From Scenedesmus sp. PABB004 (Eukaryota): a DNA stretch of 64,000 bases. Location of the stretch: positions 558,001 through 622,000 of the forward strand of contig JABVCE010000016.1 in NCBI GenBank assembly GCA_014905635.1, in the 5' to 3' direction. Position numbers and translations under genes: made by a program. Positions 1-12,600 of this stretch are shown here, piece by piece. Position 1 is the stretch's first letter; every line of letters begins with the position of its first letter. Below the pieces are notes generated by a model. The model ran no database searches and was not told the DNA's origin. It was given only the letters and a program-made list of their open reading frames with translations.

Positions 1-2158
1 GCTGGCCACAAAGGGCCTTGACGCGGTGCGCCGCCGCGCACCTCCTCGCTTTGCTGCGCGCCGCCGCCGCCGCAGCGCACACGCATGCGCGCGCGGCGGC
101 CGTCCCTGCCGCCGCCGCGACCGCGGCCGACGCGCGCACCGCCGCGCCGCGCAGGCGAGCAAGCAGCCGCTGGCGGAGGTGCCCAACGCGTTGATGAACG
201 CGCTCGCGAGCTTCGTCGCGTCGGTGAGCGAGGACGCGCTCGCGCGCATGACCGTGCCGCTCGTGGCCGCCGTCATCACGTCGGCCGCGGACGGCCCCAG
301 CGGCGCCGCCAAGGGCAAGGCCGGCCTGCAGGTCATGCTCGCGGCCATGCTGCGCACGCGGCCCCAGGTGCGCGGCGGCGGCGGCTTGCGCCAGCGCGGC
401 GGCGGCGGCGGCGGCGGCGTGCGCCCGGCGCCCGCGCGGCGGGCTCACGCCTGCGACGCCCGGCCGCCCCGCGCAGGCGCTGGTGCGGGCGGCGCCGGAG
501 CTGCGCCTCGCGGGCCGCGCGCTCACCGGCGCGGGGCGCATGCCGCTGCTCCTCTGGGTGATCGACCAGGCGGCGACCGCCGACCCGGCCGTCGGCGTGG
601 CGGTGTGGGTCCGCCTGCTGCTGCCGGCGATGCTGGGGCTCGTGGAGCTGCCCGCCGCCGGCGCTGCCGGCACCGGGGGCGCGCGGCAGCCGCAGCAGCC
701 CGGCGGCGGCGCCAAGGCCGGCGGCGTCGCGCACGCGTCGCTCACCGACGACCTGCAGCGGCCGCTGGAGGCGGCGCTGCAGGCCCCCGCGCTCGCGTAC
801 CTCGGCGCGCTGCTGAAGCAGCTGGGCGTGGCGGGCGCACGCACGGGCGCGGCCGCCGCGGCCGCCGGCGGCGACGTCACGCGCGGCGACGGCGAGGTCG
901 AGCCCACCGTGCCGGGCGCGGCGGTGGAGCTGCTGTCGCGCCTCGCGGCCGGCAAGGCCTGGGCGCCGCCGCCGGCGCCCGCCGCGGGCGGCGGCGGCGG
1001 CGGCGCCGCGGCGGCGGCCACGGCGGCGGCGGCCGACACCAAGAAGGCAGCCGCGGCGCGCGCCGCGGCGGCGAGCGGGCTCGCGCCCATGCTGCCGGGG
1101 CTGACCGTGCTCGCGGCCAGCACCAGCTGCGAGCGCCAGTACCCGGAGTGGCTGCTGCTGGCGCTGGACAGCGCGGCGCAGTCGTCGGGTGCGGCGCGGC
1201 CGCGGCCGCGCCGGCCCGCGCGCAGCTGCGCCCGCGCCGCCGCTGACACCGCGCGCCGCGCCCCGCAGCCGAGCCTGACTGCCCGGACGACCTCGTGACG
1301 CGCAGCGCCTCCAACGTGGTCGCCTGCCTGTGCGGCAGGTGCGGCGTCGCTGCCGTGGTCGCCGCCGCGGCCGCCGCCGTGGCGTGCTCGGCTCGGCTGA
1401 CGTGCGCCGCGCCGCGCCCGCCCGCCAGCGACGCATGCTTTGCGCTGTGGGAGACCAAGCACAAGGGCGTGCTGCGCGGCAGCGCGCGCGTGCTCGCGGC
1501 CATGGCGCGCACGCCGGCGCTGCTGCAGCCCCTCGCGGCCGCCCCCGGCGGCGTCGAGGCCTTCCGCGGTCTGCTGGCCGCGCTGCCGGCGCGGCACCGC
1601 AGCCACCTCGCGGCCGGCAAGGGCTGGCAGGGCGCGTGCGCGCGCGCGGCCGAGGACGCGTGCGCGCGGCTGCCGCGCAAGCTGCCGCGCAGCGGCTGGC
1701 GCGGCGGCGGCGGCGGCGGCGCGGGCGGCGGCGCCGGCGGCGCCGCGCGGCGCGGCGGGCTCGCGCTGCCCCTGCTCGGCGCGGTCGTCGCGCTCGCGGG
1801 CTGCGCCGCGATGGTGGGGCTGCGCCGGCACGAGGTCGCGGGCATCGTACACGCGCACCTCGGCAAGGAGGCCGCGGCGCGGCTGGACGAGGCGGTGCTG
1901 GCGCGGCTGGAGGCCTGGGTCGCCGCGGCGGCGCCCCACGCGGCCGCCGCGCACGCGGCCGCCGCGCCGGCGCTCGCGCGCGCGGCCGAGGCCGCCGCGC
2001 CGCACCTCGCGCGCGCGCGCGCCGCCGCCGCGCCGCACCTCGCGCGCGCGGCCGAGGCCGCGCGCCCCGCGCTGGCCGAGGTGCGCGCGGCCTGGGCGAG
2101 CGCGGCGGCGCAGCTGGCCGAAATGGTCGCGGCCGCGCGCGCCGGCGCCGCGCAGTGA
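1..2158 (+). CDS. TMEM214-like ER membrane protein, 5' partial. GT-AG introns at 26-154, 368-476, 1189-1268 and 1339-1428.
   Basis: Spliced frame gives LLLWVIDQAA..VGVAVWVRLLLP, CLCGSDACFALWETKHK and a C-terminal hydrophobic segment (LALPLLGAVVALAGCAAMVGL). This pattern resembles TMEM214/DUF2359. Confidence 0.55.
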
Positions 2159-2518
2159 GCGCGTGCACGCGCGCCGGCGCGGCGCGGTGAGTGCGTGCGT
2201 GGCTCGTGAAACCCTGTACCGCTTGCCGCTTGCCGGAGCGCCCTGCCCCCCCCCGCCCGCCCCGTCAGCCGTCAGTGCTGGTGTGGTGATCGGGGAGGCA
2301 AACGCACAGCGGCGGGGGCGGAGCGGCGGCAGCGGGCAGCGGCGCCGCACGCCAACCGTCGTCGTCGCCGAGCGCGCCAGCGGCCCAGCGCGCGCGCCCG
2401 CGTCCAGCCGGCGGGCTCGCTGGGGCCCGGCTGATCGCTGCCGCGGACGCGGCGGGCCTTGGGCGGCCTTGCGTGCCGGAGGCCCCGTTTGCGGACGGCG
2501 CTCGCGCGCCGCGCCTGC

Positions 2519-4721
2519 ATGCGGGCCGCCGGGGCCCCGCGGTCCGCGCGGCTCGCACACTCCCGGAGCGCTGGAGACCGCGCGAGACGGCCCGCGGCCG
2601 CAGGTGGGCCGCTGCGGGCCCGGGGCGAGGGCGCAGCAGCGCACGGCGCCGCCGCGGCCCGGCCGGCCGCCGGCGAGGCCCGCGGGAGCGGCCCTCGCTC
2701 ACCCGGCCTGCTGCCCCGCCCCTGTTCCCGCCCCGGCCTGCAGGCGGCGCGCCGACTGGGCGGCGCACGGGCGGCAGGCAGCGGCGGCCGCTGCTGCCGC
2801 CGCGCGCGGCCGCGGATGAGCCCCTGCCCGCGCGTGCTGCCAGCACCACCAGCACCACCAGCAGCAGCAGCAGCGACAGCGCCGCCGGCGCTCGCAGCGC
2901 CGCCGGCGCTCGCAGTGCCGCCGGCGCTCGCAGCGCCGCTGGGAGCGGCGCCTGGGCGCTGAGCAGCGAGCACGACCGCGACATCTTGTCGCTCGCGCTC
3001 CCCGCGGCGCTCGCGCTCGCGGCCGACCCGCTGCTGGGCATGGTCGACACGGCCCTCGTCGGCAGCCTCGGCGCGGACGAGCTCGCGGCGCTGGGTATCA
3101 ACGTTTCGCTGCTGTCCCTCGCATTCGTCGGCTTCAATTTCCTCGCGACTGCCACGACGCCGCTCGTCGCGACGGCCGTGTCGCGCGGCGAGCCGCGCGC
3201 CGCGGGCGAGACGGTGTGGCAGGCCGCCGCGCTCGCCGCGCTGCTCGGCGGCGGCGTCGCGGCGGGGCTAGCGGGCGGCGGCGAGGCGATGCTTGGCGCG
3301 ATGGGCGCCGGCGCGTCGTCGCAGCCGCACGTGCACGACCTCGCGCTCGAGTATCTGCGCATCCGGTGCGCGCCCGCGCCGCGCCGCCACCGCCGCCCGG
3401 CGCCACGCGCCGCGTCGCCGCCGCGCGGCGCCCACCGCCCGCCGCGCCGCCGCCGCCGCCGCGCCGCAGCGCGCCCGCCGCGCCCGCGGTGCTGCTCGCG
3501 ACGGTCGGCATGGGCGTTTTTCGCGGCGTCGCCAACATGCGCGCGCCGCTGCTCATCACGCTCTCGACCAACGCCCTGCACCTCGCGTTGGACCTGCTGC
3601 TCATGTTCCACCTGAAGCTCGGCATCCGCGGCGCCGCGATCAGCACCGCCGCGTCGGAGGGCCTCGCCGCGGCCGCGTACGTGGCCCTCATCTGGCAGCG
3701 CCGCGAGCAGCTGGGCCTCTGGCCGCCGCCCGACGCGAGCCTGGGGCAGCTGCGCGCGCGCAGCCTGCCGTTCCTGCAGGTGGGCGGGCGGCGGCCGCGG
3801 CGTGCGCCGCGCGCGCGCCGGCGCCCTCTGCGCGTTCGTGCGGCGCTGACACGCACGCGCGCGCGCGCGCGCGCAGGCGGGCTCGGCCGTCGTCATGCGC
3901 ACGGGGTCGCTCCTGGGAACGAAGACGCTCGCCACGGCCGTCGCGGCGCGGCTGGGCACCGGCGCGGTCGCGTCGCACCAGGTGCTGATGCAGGTCTGGG
4001 TGCTGGCCAGCATGCTCGTCGACAGCCTGGCCGTGAGCGGGCAGACGCTGATCGCGGTGCAGCTCGGCCGCGGCGACGCGGCCGGCGCGCGGCGCGTCGC
4101 GGACCGGCTCTGCGTGCTCGGCCTCGGCGCCGGCGCCGCGCTCGCGGCCGCGGCGGGCCTCGGCAGCCCCTGGTGGCCGGGGCTCTTCACGTCGGACGAG
4201 TCCGTGCTGCGCCAGATCCGCGGCCTCGTCCCGCTCGCGGTGCTGCCACTGCCGATCAACGCCCTGGTCTACACGCTCGACGGCGTCCTCGTCGGCGCGA
4301 GCGACTTTGGGTGCGGCGCGACGCGCGGCGCAGCGCGCCTTGCAGAGAGGGCCGAGCGCCGCCGCCGTGCTGACCGCCGCTGCCGTGCTGACCGCCGCTG
4401 CGTTGCAGCTACCTGATGACCGCCATGCTCGGCGCGTCGGCGGTGGCCGCGTCCATGCTTCTCTGCGTCGAGCCGAGCGGCGCGGGCCTCGAGGGCGTGT
4501 GGGCGGCGCTCGCGGCGCTGATGGTCGGCCGCCTGCTGACGCTGGGCGCGCGCTACCAGTCGGCCGGCGGGCCGCTGCCGCCGCCGCGCGCGGCGGCCGA
4601 GGACGCCCCGGACGTCGGCGCGCTGGCGCAGCAGCAGGCGCTGCTGCTGCGGGCGCTGCAGGAGCAGCAGCAGCAGCAGGGCCAGCAGGGGCAGCAGCAG
4701 CAGCGGGGCCCGGGCCAATAA
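2519..4721 (+). CDS. MATE (DTX/DinF-type) efflux transporter with a probable plastid transit peptide. Introns at 2604-2743, 3366-3469, 3780-3876 and 4311-4408.
   Basis: Motifs DILSLALPAALALAADPLLGMVDTALVGSLG, GIRGAAIST, ASHQVLMQVW and PINALVYTLDGVLVGASDF; all junctions keep the frame. Confidence 0.9.
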
Positions 4722-5793
4722 CGTGCGGCGCGCGGGATTGTTGTTGATGTTGCGCCCGGGGGGGGGGGGGTGCCCTGTCGTCTATTGCCGAACCCCCCGA
4801 CCATGACGGCGCCGCTGCCGACACTCGGGGCGCGTTCGTGCGCCTAGCTGCAGCTGTACGCGGGGGGCGCGGGGGCGTTGATTGCGGGCGCGGCGGCGCC
4901 GGCTCGTCGTCGCGGTGCTTGCTGAGAGGGGTGCGTCGCCTCGCTGCTTGGACCCGCGCGCGCTGTGCGGCGGCGGGGCTGTGCGGGGCGCCGCTGTACC
5001 ATCATCACCATCACACCACACCTTGCGGGCCGCCCTGAGGGGGGTGATCGACTAGCGGGCGGGCTGCTGCTGCGACGCAGCCCCGGCGTGACGCTCGCGC
5101 GGAGCACCAGGCGCGAGCTGAGTGCACTCTGGGGCTGTACAACACCAACCAGCGATGAAACAAAGCAGCTTTGCAATGGACGGCGGCCGCCGCGGCTGGC
5201 GTCGGGCGCGCGGGCGCGCGTCCGTCGGCGGCAGGCTGCCGCACGCCGCGCAGCAGCAGGCTGCCACGCCGCCGCGCCCTCCGCCGCTGCGGCCCGACAG
5301 CAGCAGCACGCAGCGGCTCGGGCGTGGCCGAAGCACCGTCAGTGACAACACTTTTAAAATGCGCGTGGCGCTCTCCGGCCCCCCGTCAGTCAGCGATCAC
5401 CGCGATCCTGCCCCCGAGCGCTCGACGAGCACCCCGCACCCCGCCTCCCAGCGCTCGCGCGGCCCAGCAGTCGCGCACATCCCACGCCCTGCGCGCGCCG
5501 CGCCGCGCCCGATGTCCGGCGCTACCGCGGGGCCGTGATCTTCAACACGCGATCCAGGCACAGGGCCAGCGCGCTGTGCGGCGCCGTGCCGCGCGGCGCC
5601 AGGAGTGGGAGCTTTGATTGGTGCCGCGCGGCGCAGCTCCATGCGGGCCAGCCGGGCGCGCTGAGCAGCCGCGGGTGCGTGCGGACGGCGCAGCCGCCAG
5701 GCGGCCGCGCGGAGCGCTGGCTGCGGCGCGGCGCGCGCCCAACGGCTCGAACGGCGGCGCAGCCGCCGCCGCTCCGCGCGCGCGCAGGCTCGA

Positions 5794-8700
5794 ATGGCGA
5801 CGGCCACCGCAGGCGCGGCGCTGGCCGGCGCGGCGCTGCCGGCAGACCCCGACAGCCCCGGCCGGCGCCCCCGCGGAGACGGCGCGCACTGGGCGCCCGC
5901 CGCGCCGGGCGGCGCGCACGCGGCCGCCGCGCCGACGCACCGCATGCCCGCGTGGGAGGCCAGCGTCGCGGCGGTGTGGGGCAAGACCAAGGCGGCCGGC
6001 CTGAACCTGGGCTCGCCGCCGGACGACGCGGTGGCCGAGGAGCACCACGCCAGCGCCGCGCACTGGGCGAGCGCGGTCAGGGCGCGCGGCGCGACGCCGC
6101 CGGCGGGCGCGGCGCCCGCGCCGTCGGGCGGCTCGCCCGCGCCGCAGCCGCGGCAGCTCGCGCCGCAGCGGCAGCCCAGCTGCCAGCCGCGGCCCTGCCT
6201 GGACCTCAGCCGCCCGCCGTCGGAGGAGCAGCTGGAGCCGCCGGCGCGCGCCCCGGCAGCAGCAGCGAGCCGGATGCGCCCGGGGGCGCCGGCGTCAAGC
6301 GGCAGCTGCCGCTCGGCGGCGCGGGCGCGGGCGAGGCCGGCGGCGGCTGGTGGAGCGGCGCCGCCGGCAGCGCGCCCGACGCCGCTGCCCGCCAGCAGGG
6401 CGACGAGAGGCAGGCGCTGACGTCGGAGGTGAGTCGGCCGGCGCGGCGCGAGCGCGGCCAGCCCCTGCCCTCCGCCGCTCGCCGACTCTGCTCCGCCCGC
6501 CGCCGCCCGCCGCCGCTGCTGTGCAGGCGCCGCTGCAGCTCAAGCGCCTGCGCACGGTCATGGACCTGACGGGCAAGCTCCGCACCTGCAGCTCGCTGCC
6601 GGACGCGTCGACGCTGGTGCCCACGCCCACGTGGGGCGCTCGGGGCCAGGAGGAGGGCCCCGCCGCTCCCAGCGACGCCGGCGGCGGCGGCGACCCCGGC
6701 GGCGCGGCAGCGCCGATGGAGTGGGCGCACGGCGAGCGCGCCGCGGCGGCCGCGCCGGGCGTGAGCCTGCTGACGGCCAAGCTCAGGCAGGCGCGGCAGC
6801 CCAACCCCGACGACCCGTGGGTGCGGCACCAGGCCGAGGTCGAGAAGCTCAAGCAGCAGCAGGCGGCGCTGCAGGAGCTGCTGCAGCAGGCGGAGGAGGC
6901 GGTGAGCGCGGCGGGGTGCCAGCGGGGCGGGGCGGGGCGGGGGCCGGGCGGGGGAGCGGCGGCCGGGCGGGCGCCGCCGTTGCGCCTCACCCCGCGCGCC
7001 TTCTGCTTCCCCGCCCCCAGAAAGCGCCGGTCATGGCCGAGGCGGCGCTGCTCAAGCAGCAGATGCAGGACGGGGTGAGCCGCAGCGGCACCAGCCGGCT
7101 GTGCCCGCGCGCAGAGACGCCCCCGTGCCGCGCGCCGGGCATGCCTCACGCGCGGCTGCGCCGCCCGCCGACCAGGCGCGCGCGCGCGGGCTGGACGGCG
7201 CGGGCCTCGCCGCCGTGCAGCGGCAGCTGGGCTGCGAGGCGCCGATGGTGCGGCGCGTCGCGGAGAGCGACGCCGAGCGCGTGGCGGCGCACATGCTGGC
7301 GCAGGAGGGGGTGAGCCGCGCGGGCCGGCGCCGCGCCCGCGCCCCGCGCGCCTGGCCCCGGCGCCGCGCTTCGCCGCGTGGGCCCGCGCGCCCGGCGGGC
7401 CTGGGCTGGGTCGACGCTGTGCTGCGCCCGCGCCGCCCGCCCGCGCGCTCGCAGGGCAACTGGCAGGCGGGCATGCGTCGCATGCTGCGCATGGTACGCA
7501 CCAGCCTGCAGCGCAGCGCGAGCGACCCCAGCCTGGGCCAGCTGCACAGCAGCACCGCGTCGCCCGCGCAGCAGCACGGCGGCGGCGCCGCCGCCGCCGC
7601 GACGGCCGCGGGCGTGGCCGCGCTGCAGCGCCGCATGGCGGCGATGATGCGCGAGGGCAGCGCCTCGCTGCGCTGCGACAGCCCCTACGCGCCGGCCGCG
7701 AGCGCCGCGGCCGGCGGGCGCGGCAGCCCCTTTTCAACGGCGGGCAGCATGGGCCGCGGCAGCCCATGCCCGGCCGCGGCCACGTCCGCGGCGGCCGTGG
7801 CGGCGGCGGCGGCCGCCCAGGGCTGCAGCCCCTACGCCCCGGGCGGCGCGGTGAGCGCGGCAAAGCTCGCGTGGCCGATGGTGCCCACGAGCGCGGTCGG
7901 CAGCCCCGTGGGCAGCCCGATGGTCCCAGCGAGCGCGGTGGGCAGCCCCATCAGCCGCGACGGCGGCAGCGGGGCAGAGCTCGGCGGCGCGGCGGCGGGC
8001 GCGGCCGGCCTGCTCCTGCACGGCGCGGCGTGGGGCGCCGGCGCCGGTCCAAGCGTGAGCGCGGGCGGGCCCGCACGCTACGGCAGCCCCGTGGCGGCCG
8101 GCGCGCGCGCGGGCGTCGACGGCGCGAGCCCCGGCGGCGGCCGGCCGCGCGCGCGCAGCTGCAGCCCCGCGGGCGGCACCGCGAGGACGCGCCTCGCGCG
8201 GCAGCCGTCCCGCCTCGCGCCAAAGGTGCCTAAGGCGTCCGTCGCCGCCATCACCGGCGGCGGCGGCGGCGTCGCGCGCGCGGCGAGCGTGCCGCCGCCC
8301 GCGAGCGACGTGGGCGGCTGCGACGCCGCCGGGCGCCAGCGCGACGCGCGTGGCGCCGTGAGCGCGGCGCAGCCCAAGAAGCCCGCCAGGGCCGGCGGCG
8401 CGAGCGGCGGGGGCGGCACGCTGACCACGGCGGCGGCTGCCGCCGCCGCGCTGGGCAGCGTCGGCGGCGGCGCCGCGATGCGCGTGGCGCTGTCGGTCGA
8501 CCCAGACCTGGACGACGCGGCCTGGCTGCTCGGCGACGGCCTGGGCCTGCCCGACACGCCCGGCCCCGCCGGCCTGCTCACGGCCGCGCAGGGCGCGCAG
8601 GCGGCGCAGGTGCAGGCGCACCTGCAGGCGCAGGCCGCCGCCCAGGCGGCGGCGGCGGCGGCCGTGCAGCCGGCCGGCGCGGCGGCGCGCGACCAGTCAA

Positions 8701-8852
8701 TGCAGGTCGACGCGCCAGCCGGCGCGGGCCGCGACGGCCGCGCCGGCGGCGCGGCCGCCCAGCCGCCCGCCGCCGGCGGCGCGGCGCTGGGGTCTGACCA
8801 GGACGACATTGCGCTGCTGCAGGTGCTCCTCGGCTGGGCCAACGACGCCTGA
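5794..8852 (+). CDS. Hypothetical low-complexity/coiled-coil protein with about 4 introns (near 6429-6526, 6902-7020, 7075-7175, 7311-7454)
   Basis: Coding-like segments (LKRLRTVMDLTGKL, EVEKLKQQQAALQELLQQAEEA, DDIALLQVLLGW) are bounded by GTGAG..CAG sites, with TGTAA downstream at 9053. Confidence 0.6.
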
Positions 8853-9052
8853 GCAGCCGGGTCGGGGCGCGCACGCCCAGCGTCGGGGCATGGTCTGACG
8901 CGGGGGTTGACCGGTTGCGGTTGTGTGGCGCGCGTTGCGGTTGAGCGCGGGGGCGTGGGTGCTGTGCAGAGCACTGTCGGCGCACTGGCACAGGCGGCGG
9001 GGCACGCGCTGTGATGGGAGAACCCCGGTTGTGACGACGCGACGCGGGGCGC

Positions 9053-9057
9053 TGTAA
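9053..9057 (+). promoter_or_regulatory. TGTAA polyadenylation signal
   Basis: Chlorophyte-type poly(A) signal about 200 nt after the stop at 8852. Confidence 0.55.
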
Positions 9058-9224
9058 AGTTGAAAGGCCCCGCGCGCCAGGCCGCCGGACAGCAGGACAG
9101 CCTCGCAGACTCACAGCAGGTCTCCCCGGCTTTGCGTTTCATTCCCCCGCCGCTGGTGGCCCACCCGCAGCGATCGCTGCCGCCGCCCGCCGAGCGCCGC
9201 TGCTGCCGATCAGGGTCAGCAGCC

Positions 9225-11659
9225 ATGGCCCGCCTTTCCCGCGCCGTGTGCGTGCTGCTGTTTGCTCTCGCCGCGGCGTCTGGCGCGGAGGCCGCGCGTG
9301 GCCTCACGAAGAGGGGGTGAGCGCAGCAGCGGCACCGCCGCACTCCAAGCCCTCGCGCGGCCGCCGTGCCGCTGGCGCTGCGGCAACCCGCTGAGATCGC
9401 CACGAGGCAGCTGCAGGGCGGCTGCAGCGCCGCCGCGCCGCGCTGCTGAGGCCGGGTCGCGCCGCCGCGCCGCCGCCGCTGCCAGGCGGCACGGCGGCGG
9501 CGGCACAGAGTGCGAGGAGATTTCCTTCCGCAAGAGCCTGCTGACGGTGATCAAGGAGATGCCGCTGATCGGCCTGTTTGAGGACATAAAGGGCCAGACC
9601 AAGTGAGGCCGGCGCGTGCGCGGCCGCGCGGCCGGCGCTCTCGCGCGGCCGGGGCTGCAGCTGCCGGCGCCGACACGCGCGCGCGCGCCCGCAGGTTTGA
9701 GGCCAGCGGCATGACCGTGGCGGACGACTGGCTGTGGATCGTGTTTGACAACCTCCACGCCCTCGGCCGCGGTGCGGGGAGGGGTGGGAGGCGGGGACGC
9801 CGCTCTCCCTCGCGCCTGCGCGCGCGTGCGCGGCGCCGGGGCGCCACGCGCACGAGGCCTCACGCGCGCCGCGGCCCCGCGCGCGCCGCCGCGCCGCGCC
9901 GGCAGTCGACGAGCACTTTGAGTTCCGCGACAAGCACAACAAGCTCATCGGCGAGCTCGGCGAAGACTCCCAGTTTGAGGCGCGCGCCCCGCGCGCGCGT
10001 TCCGCCGCCGCCGCTCTGCTGCCGCTGCCGCCGGCGCCGCCCGCGGCCGGAGCGCCGCCGGCGCCCGCGGCGACGCGCGTGGTCCGCGGCGCGCGCGCAG
10101 GGCCTCACGTACGTCGAGTCGACGGGCCACTTCTTTGCAATCGAGGAGGTCTCCACGGAGGGCGAGATGAAGCCCTTTGCGCACGTGAGCCGCCGCGGCC
10201 GCGCCCCGCACGCCCCCGCGCCGCGCCCCGCACGCCCCCGCGCCGCGCCGCGCCGCACCGCCGCGCCGCGCGCTGCGGGCCAGCACCGCCCACGCCGCGG
10301 GCCGCCGCCTGCGCCGCGCCCCGCGCGCTGCGGCCGCCGCCCACGCTCCGCGCGCCGCTGCGCGCCGCCGCCGCGGGCGCCGCGCAGGAGCTGTGCGTGA
10401 ACGAGGACGGCACCGGCTACCGCACGATGGCGCGCTGCCCGGTGCACTTTGAGCTGGAGCACGAGAACAAGGGCTTCGAGGGCCTCCACTACCACGAGGA
10501 CAGCCACGGGCACAAGTACCTGCTCGGCCTCTGCGAGGGTGCGCGCAGCGCCGTCGCGGCGGCCGCTGGGCTCAAGGTCAAGGGTTTAGGGTTTGAAAAC
10601 CCTAAACCAACGCGCCCGCGCGCGCGCGCCGGAGCGCGGGCACACACGACCGCGCCCGCCCGCGCCCTCCCGTCCCCTGCCCGGCAGGCAACTTCTGCAT
10701 GGGCGGCAGCCGCGGGCGCGAGGCGGGCAACGGGCGCGTCGTGGTGAGCATGTTCAACGGCGCCAGCGGCGACGACTGCGGCTGGGACGTGATCAAGGTC
10801 GTCGACGTGCCGCCCCAGGCCCGCTTCATTGACTACTCGGGCATGGCTTTCCGCGGCAACAAGGTGCGGCGGGCCTGGCGGGCGGCCCTGGGCCGGCGGG
10901 CGGGCGCGCTGGCCGCGGGGGCGTGGCCGTCGCCGCGGCGGGGGCGGCTGGGGCGGCCGGGCCGCGCGCGGCTGCGCGGGCGCGGCCGCCGGCCGGCGCC
11001 CGAGCCGCGCGCCCCCTCTGCCGCCCGCGCCCTGCCGCGCCGCGCGCGCAGGCGGTGATCATCAGCCAGGAGAACGCGGCGATGTGGGTCGGCGAGTTTG
11101 ACTTTGAGTCGCTGCAGTTTGGCGCCGAGGGGGCAGTCTACAACTTCCCCCGCGACAACCACTGCGACGTGCGTGCGCGCCGTGCGGCGCCCGCAGAGCG
11201 CGCGCGCGCTGCCGCGCCGGCGACGCGCTGCCGTCGCGCGGCGCCGCTGCCACTGACGCGCGCCGCCGACGCGCCCTGCGGCGCGCGCCGCTGCCGCGCC
11301 GCGCGCCGCCGCCGCGCCGCGCGCCGCCGCCGCGCCGCGCGCCGCCGCAGCTGAAGTACTGCAACGTCGAGGGCGTGCAGTGGCTGGACGACGTGCGCCT
11401 CGCCATCGTGACTGACAAGGCCAAGAGCACCCAGCCCTACAGGCGCGCGGCGCGGCGAGCCGTGCGGCGCGGCGCGTCCAGCCCCGCGGCGGGGGCGCGC
11501 GCGCGGCGGCGCCGGCGTCGCGCCACAGCCCCGCTGCACACCTCCTCGCGCAGGTGCATCGCGCACGAGCAGCGCATCTCGATCGTGGCGCTGCCGGAGA
11601 CGGACGCCGCCGGCGAGGCGCGCGAGGCCGAGCGCGCAGCGCTGCCGGCGGCCGCGTGA
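9225..11659 (+). CDS. Secreted protein of unknown function, probably a beta-propeller (YjiK/phytase-like). Nine introns, two of them GC-AG (9980-10100, 11443-11553).
   Basis: Signal peptide MARLSRAVCVLLFALAAASGAEA. Repeated blade-like motifs FEASGM, WIVFDN, FEGLTY, KGFEGLHY, LGLCEGNFC, DYSGMAF, ISQEN, YCNVEGVQW. Confidence 0.75.
10583..10608. repeat. Inverted telomere-type repeat (GGTTTAGGGTTT-GA-AAACCCTAAACC) inside an intron
   Basis: Perfect 12-bp inverted repeat made of TTTAGGG/CCCTAAA units. Confidence 0.9.
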
Positions 11660-12034
11660 GCTGCGCGGCGCGGCCGCGCCCCGCTGGGCGACTGCCACCG
11701 GCGCTTCCAGGCGCCGGCACGCAGCAGCGAGTGCCCAGCTCTCCCCGAGCAGCTGCCTGGGTTTTTTGCCCATTAACGCAACGTTGCGTTCGTTAACGCA
11801 CAAGCTCTGCACGGGCCGGCCTGAGGCTGGCACGGGGCGGGGCGGACCGCCCGGCCGCCGCTGGCGGGGTTGACCAGCTTGCCGGCGCGTTTCGCCGCGC
11901 TCGCTCGCATCGCGAGGGAGGGAGGACGGATGCGTCGTTAACGCGCCGCATCTGGCAGCTCCGCGGCTCGTCGCGCCGCCGCGCCGGCATCCGCGCCGCG
12001 CCGCGCTGGGGCGGCGGGCTGCCCGCCACGTGGC

Positions 12035-12600
12035 TCACAGCTTTGACAGCGGAATCGTCTTGCCCGGCCGTGGCTCCGGCTCGGCCACGCGCGGCAGCAC
12101 CACCTGCGCGAGCGCAGGCGCGGCGTGAGGCACGACCGCGCGGCGCGCGGCCTGCGCTGGGCGGCCGCCACTCCGGGCCGGCCGCGGGCGCCGCCCACCT
12201 GCGCGCACCCGCAGCACGCCGCGGTCAATCAATGCTCGCGCGCACGCGCTCCGCGTCGACGTCGCCGGGCAGCTCGAACACGCGGCGGAAGGGCCCCCAC
12301 GCCGGCCGCTCGCGGCGCAGCCACACCGCGCCGGCGTCGTCGGCCGACGCGGCGGCACCCGCAGGGCGGCGGCGGCGCGCCGCCGGTCACGACCAGCCGG
12401 GTATCGTTGGCCAGGAGCTCGAGCTTGAGCGCCGTGTGGTCGCAGCCGGGCAGGTCGATCGTCAGCTCGTACGAGCTGCGCGTGCGCCGGACGTCGGTCG
12501 GCGCCGCCGCAGGCTCCGGCTGAGCAGCGAGCTGCCGCTGCTCGCGCCCGAGCGCCGGACAGGCGAGGGAGCCGGGGTGCCGCAGCAGCGGCAGCATGCG
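12035..12600 (-). pseudogene. Small heat-shock protein (HSP20/alpha-crystallin) with two frameshifts. Intron at 12104-12208; start uncertain.
   Basis: DVRRTRSSYELTIDLPG / RRERPAWGPFRRVFELPGDVD / IDRGVLRVVLP lie in three different frames. There is a +1 shift near 12380 and an ATTG duplication at 12226-12233 that creates a TGA. Confidence 0.75.

Noticed and set aside
4722..5793. Lower-GC stretch with short ORFs as an ncRNA or extra gene
   Set aside because: No recognisable motif or RNA structure; consistent with 3' UTR and promoter sequence.
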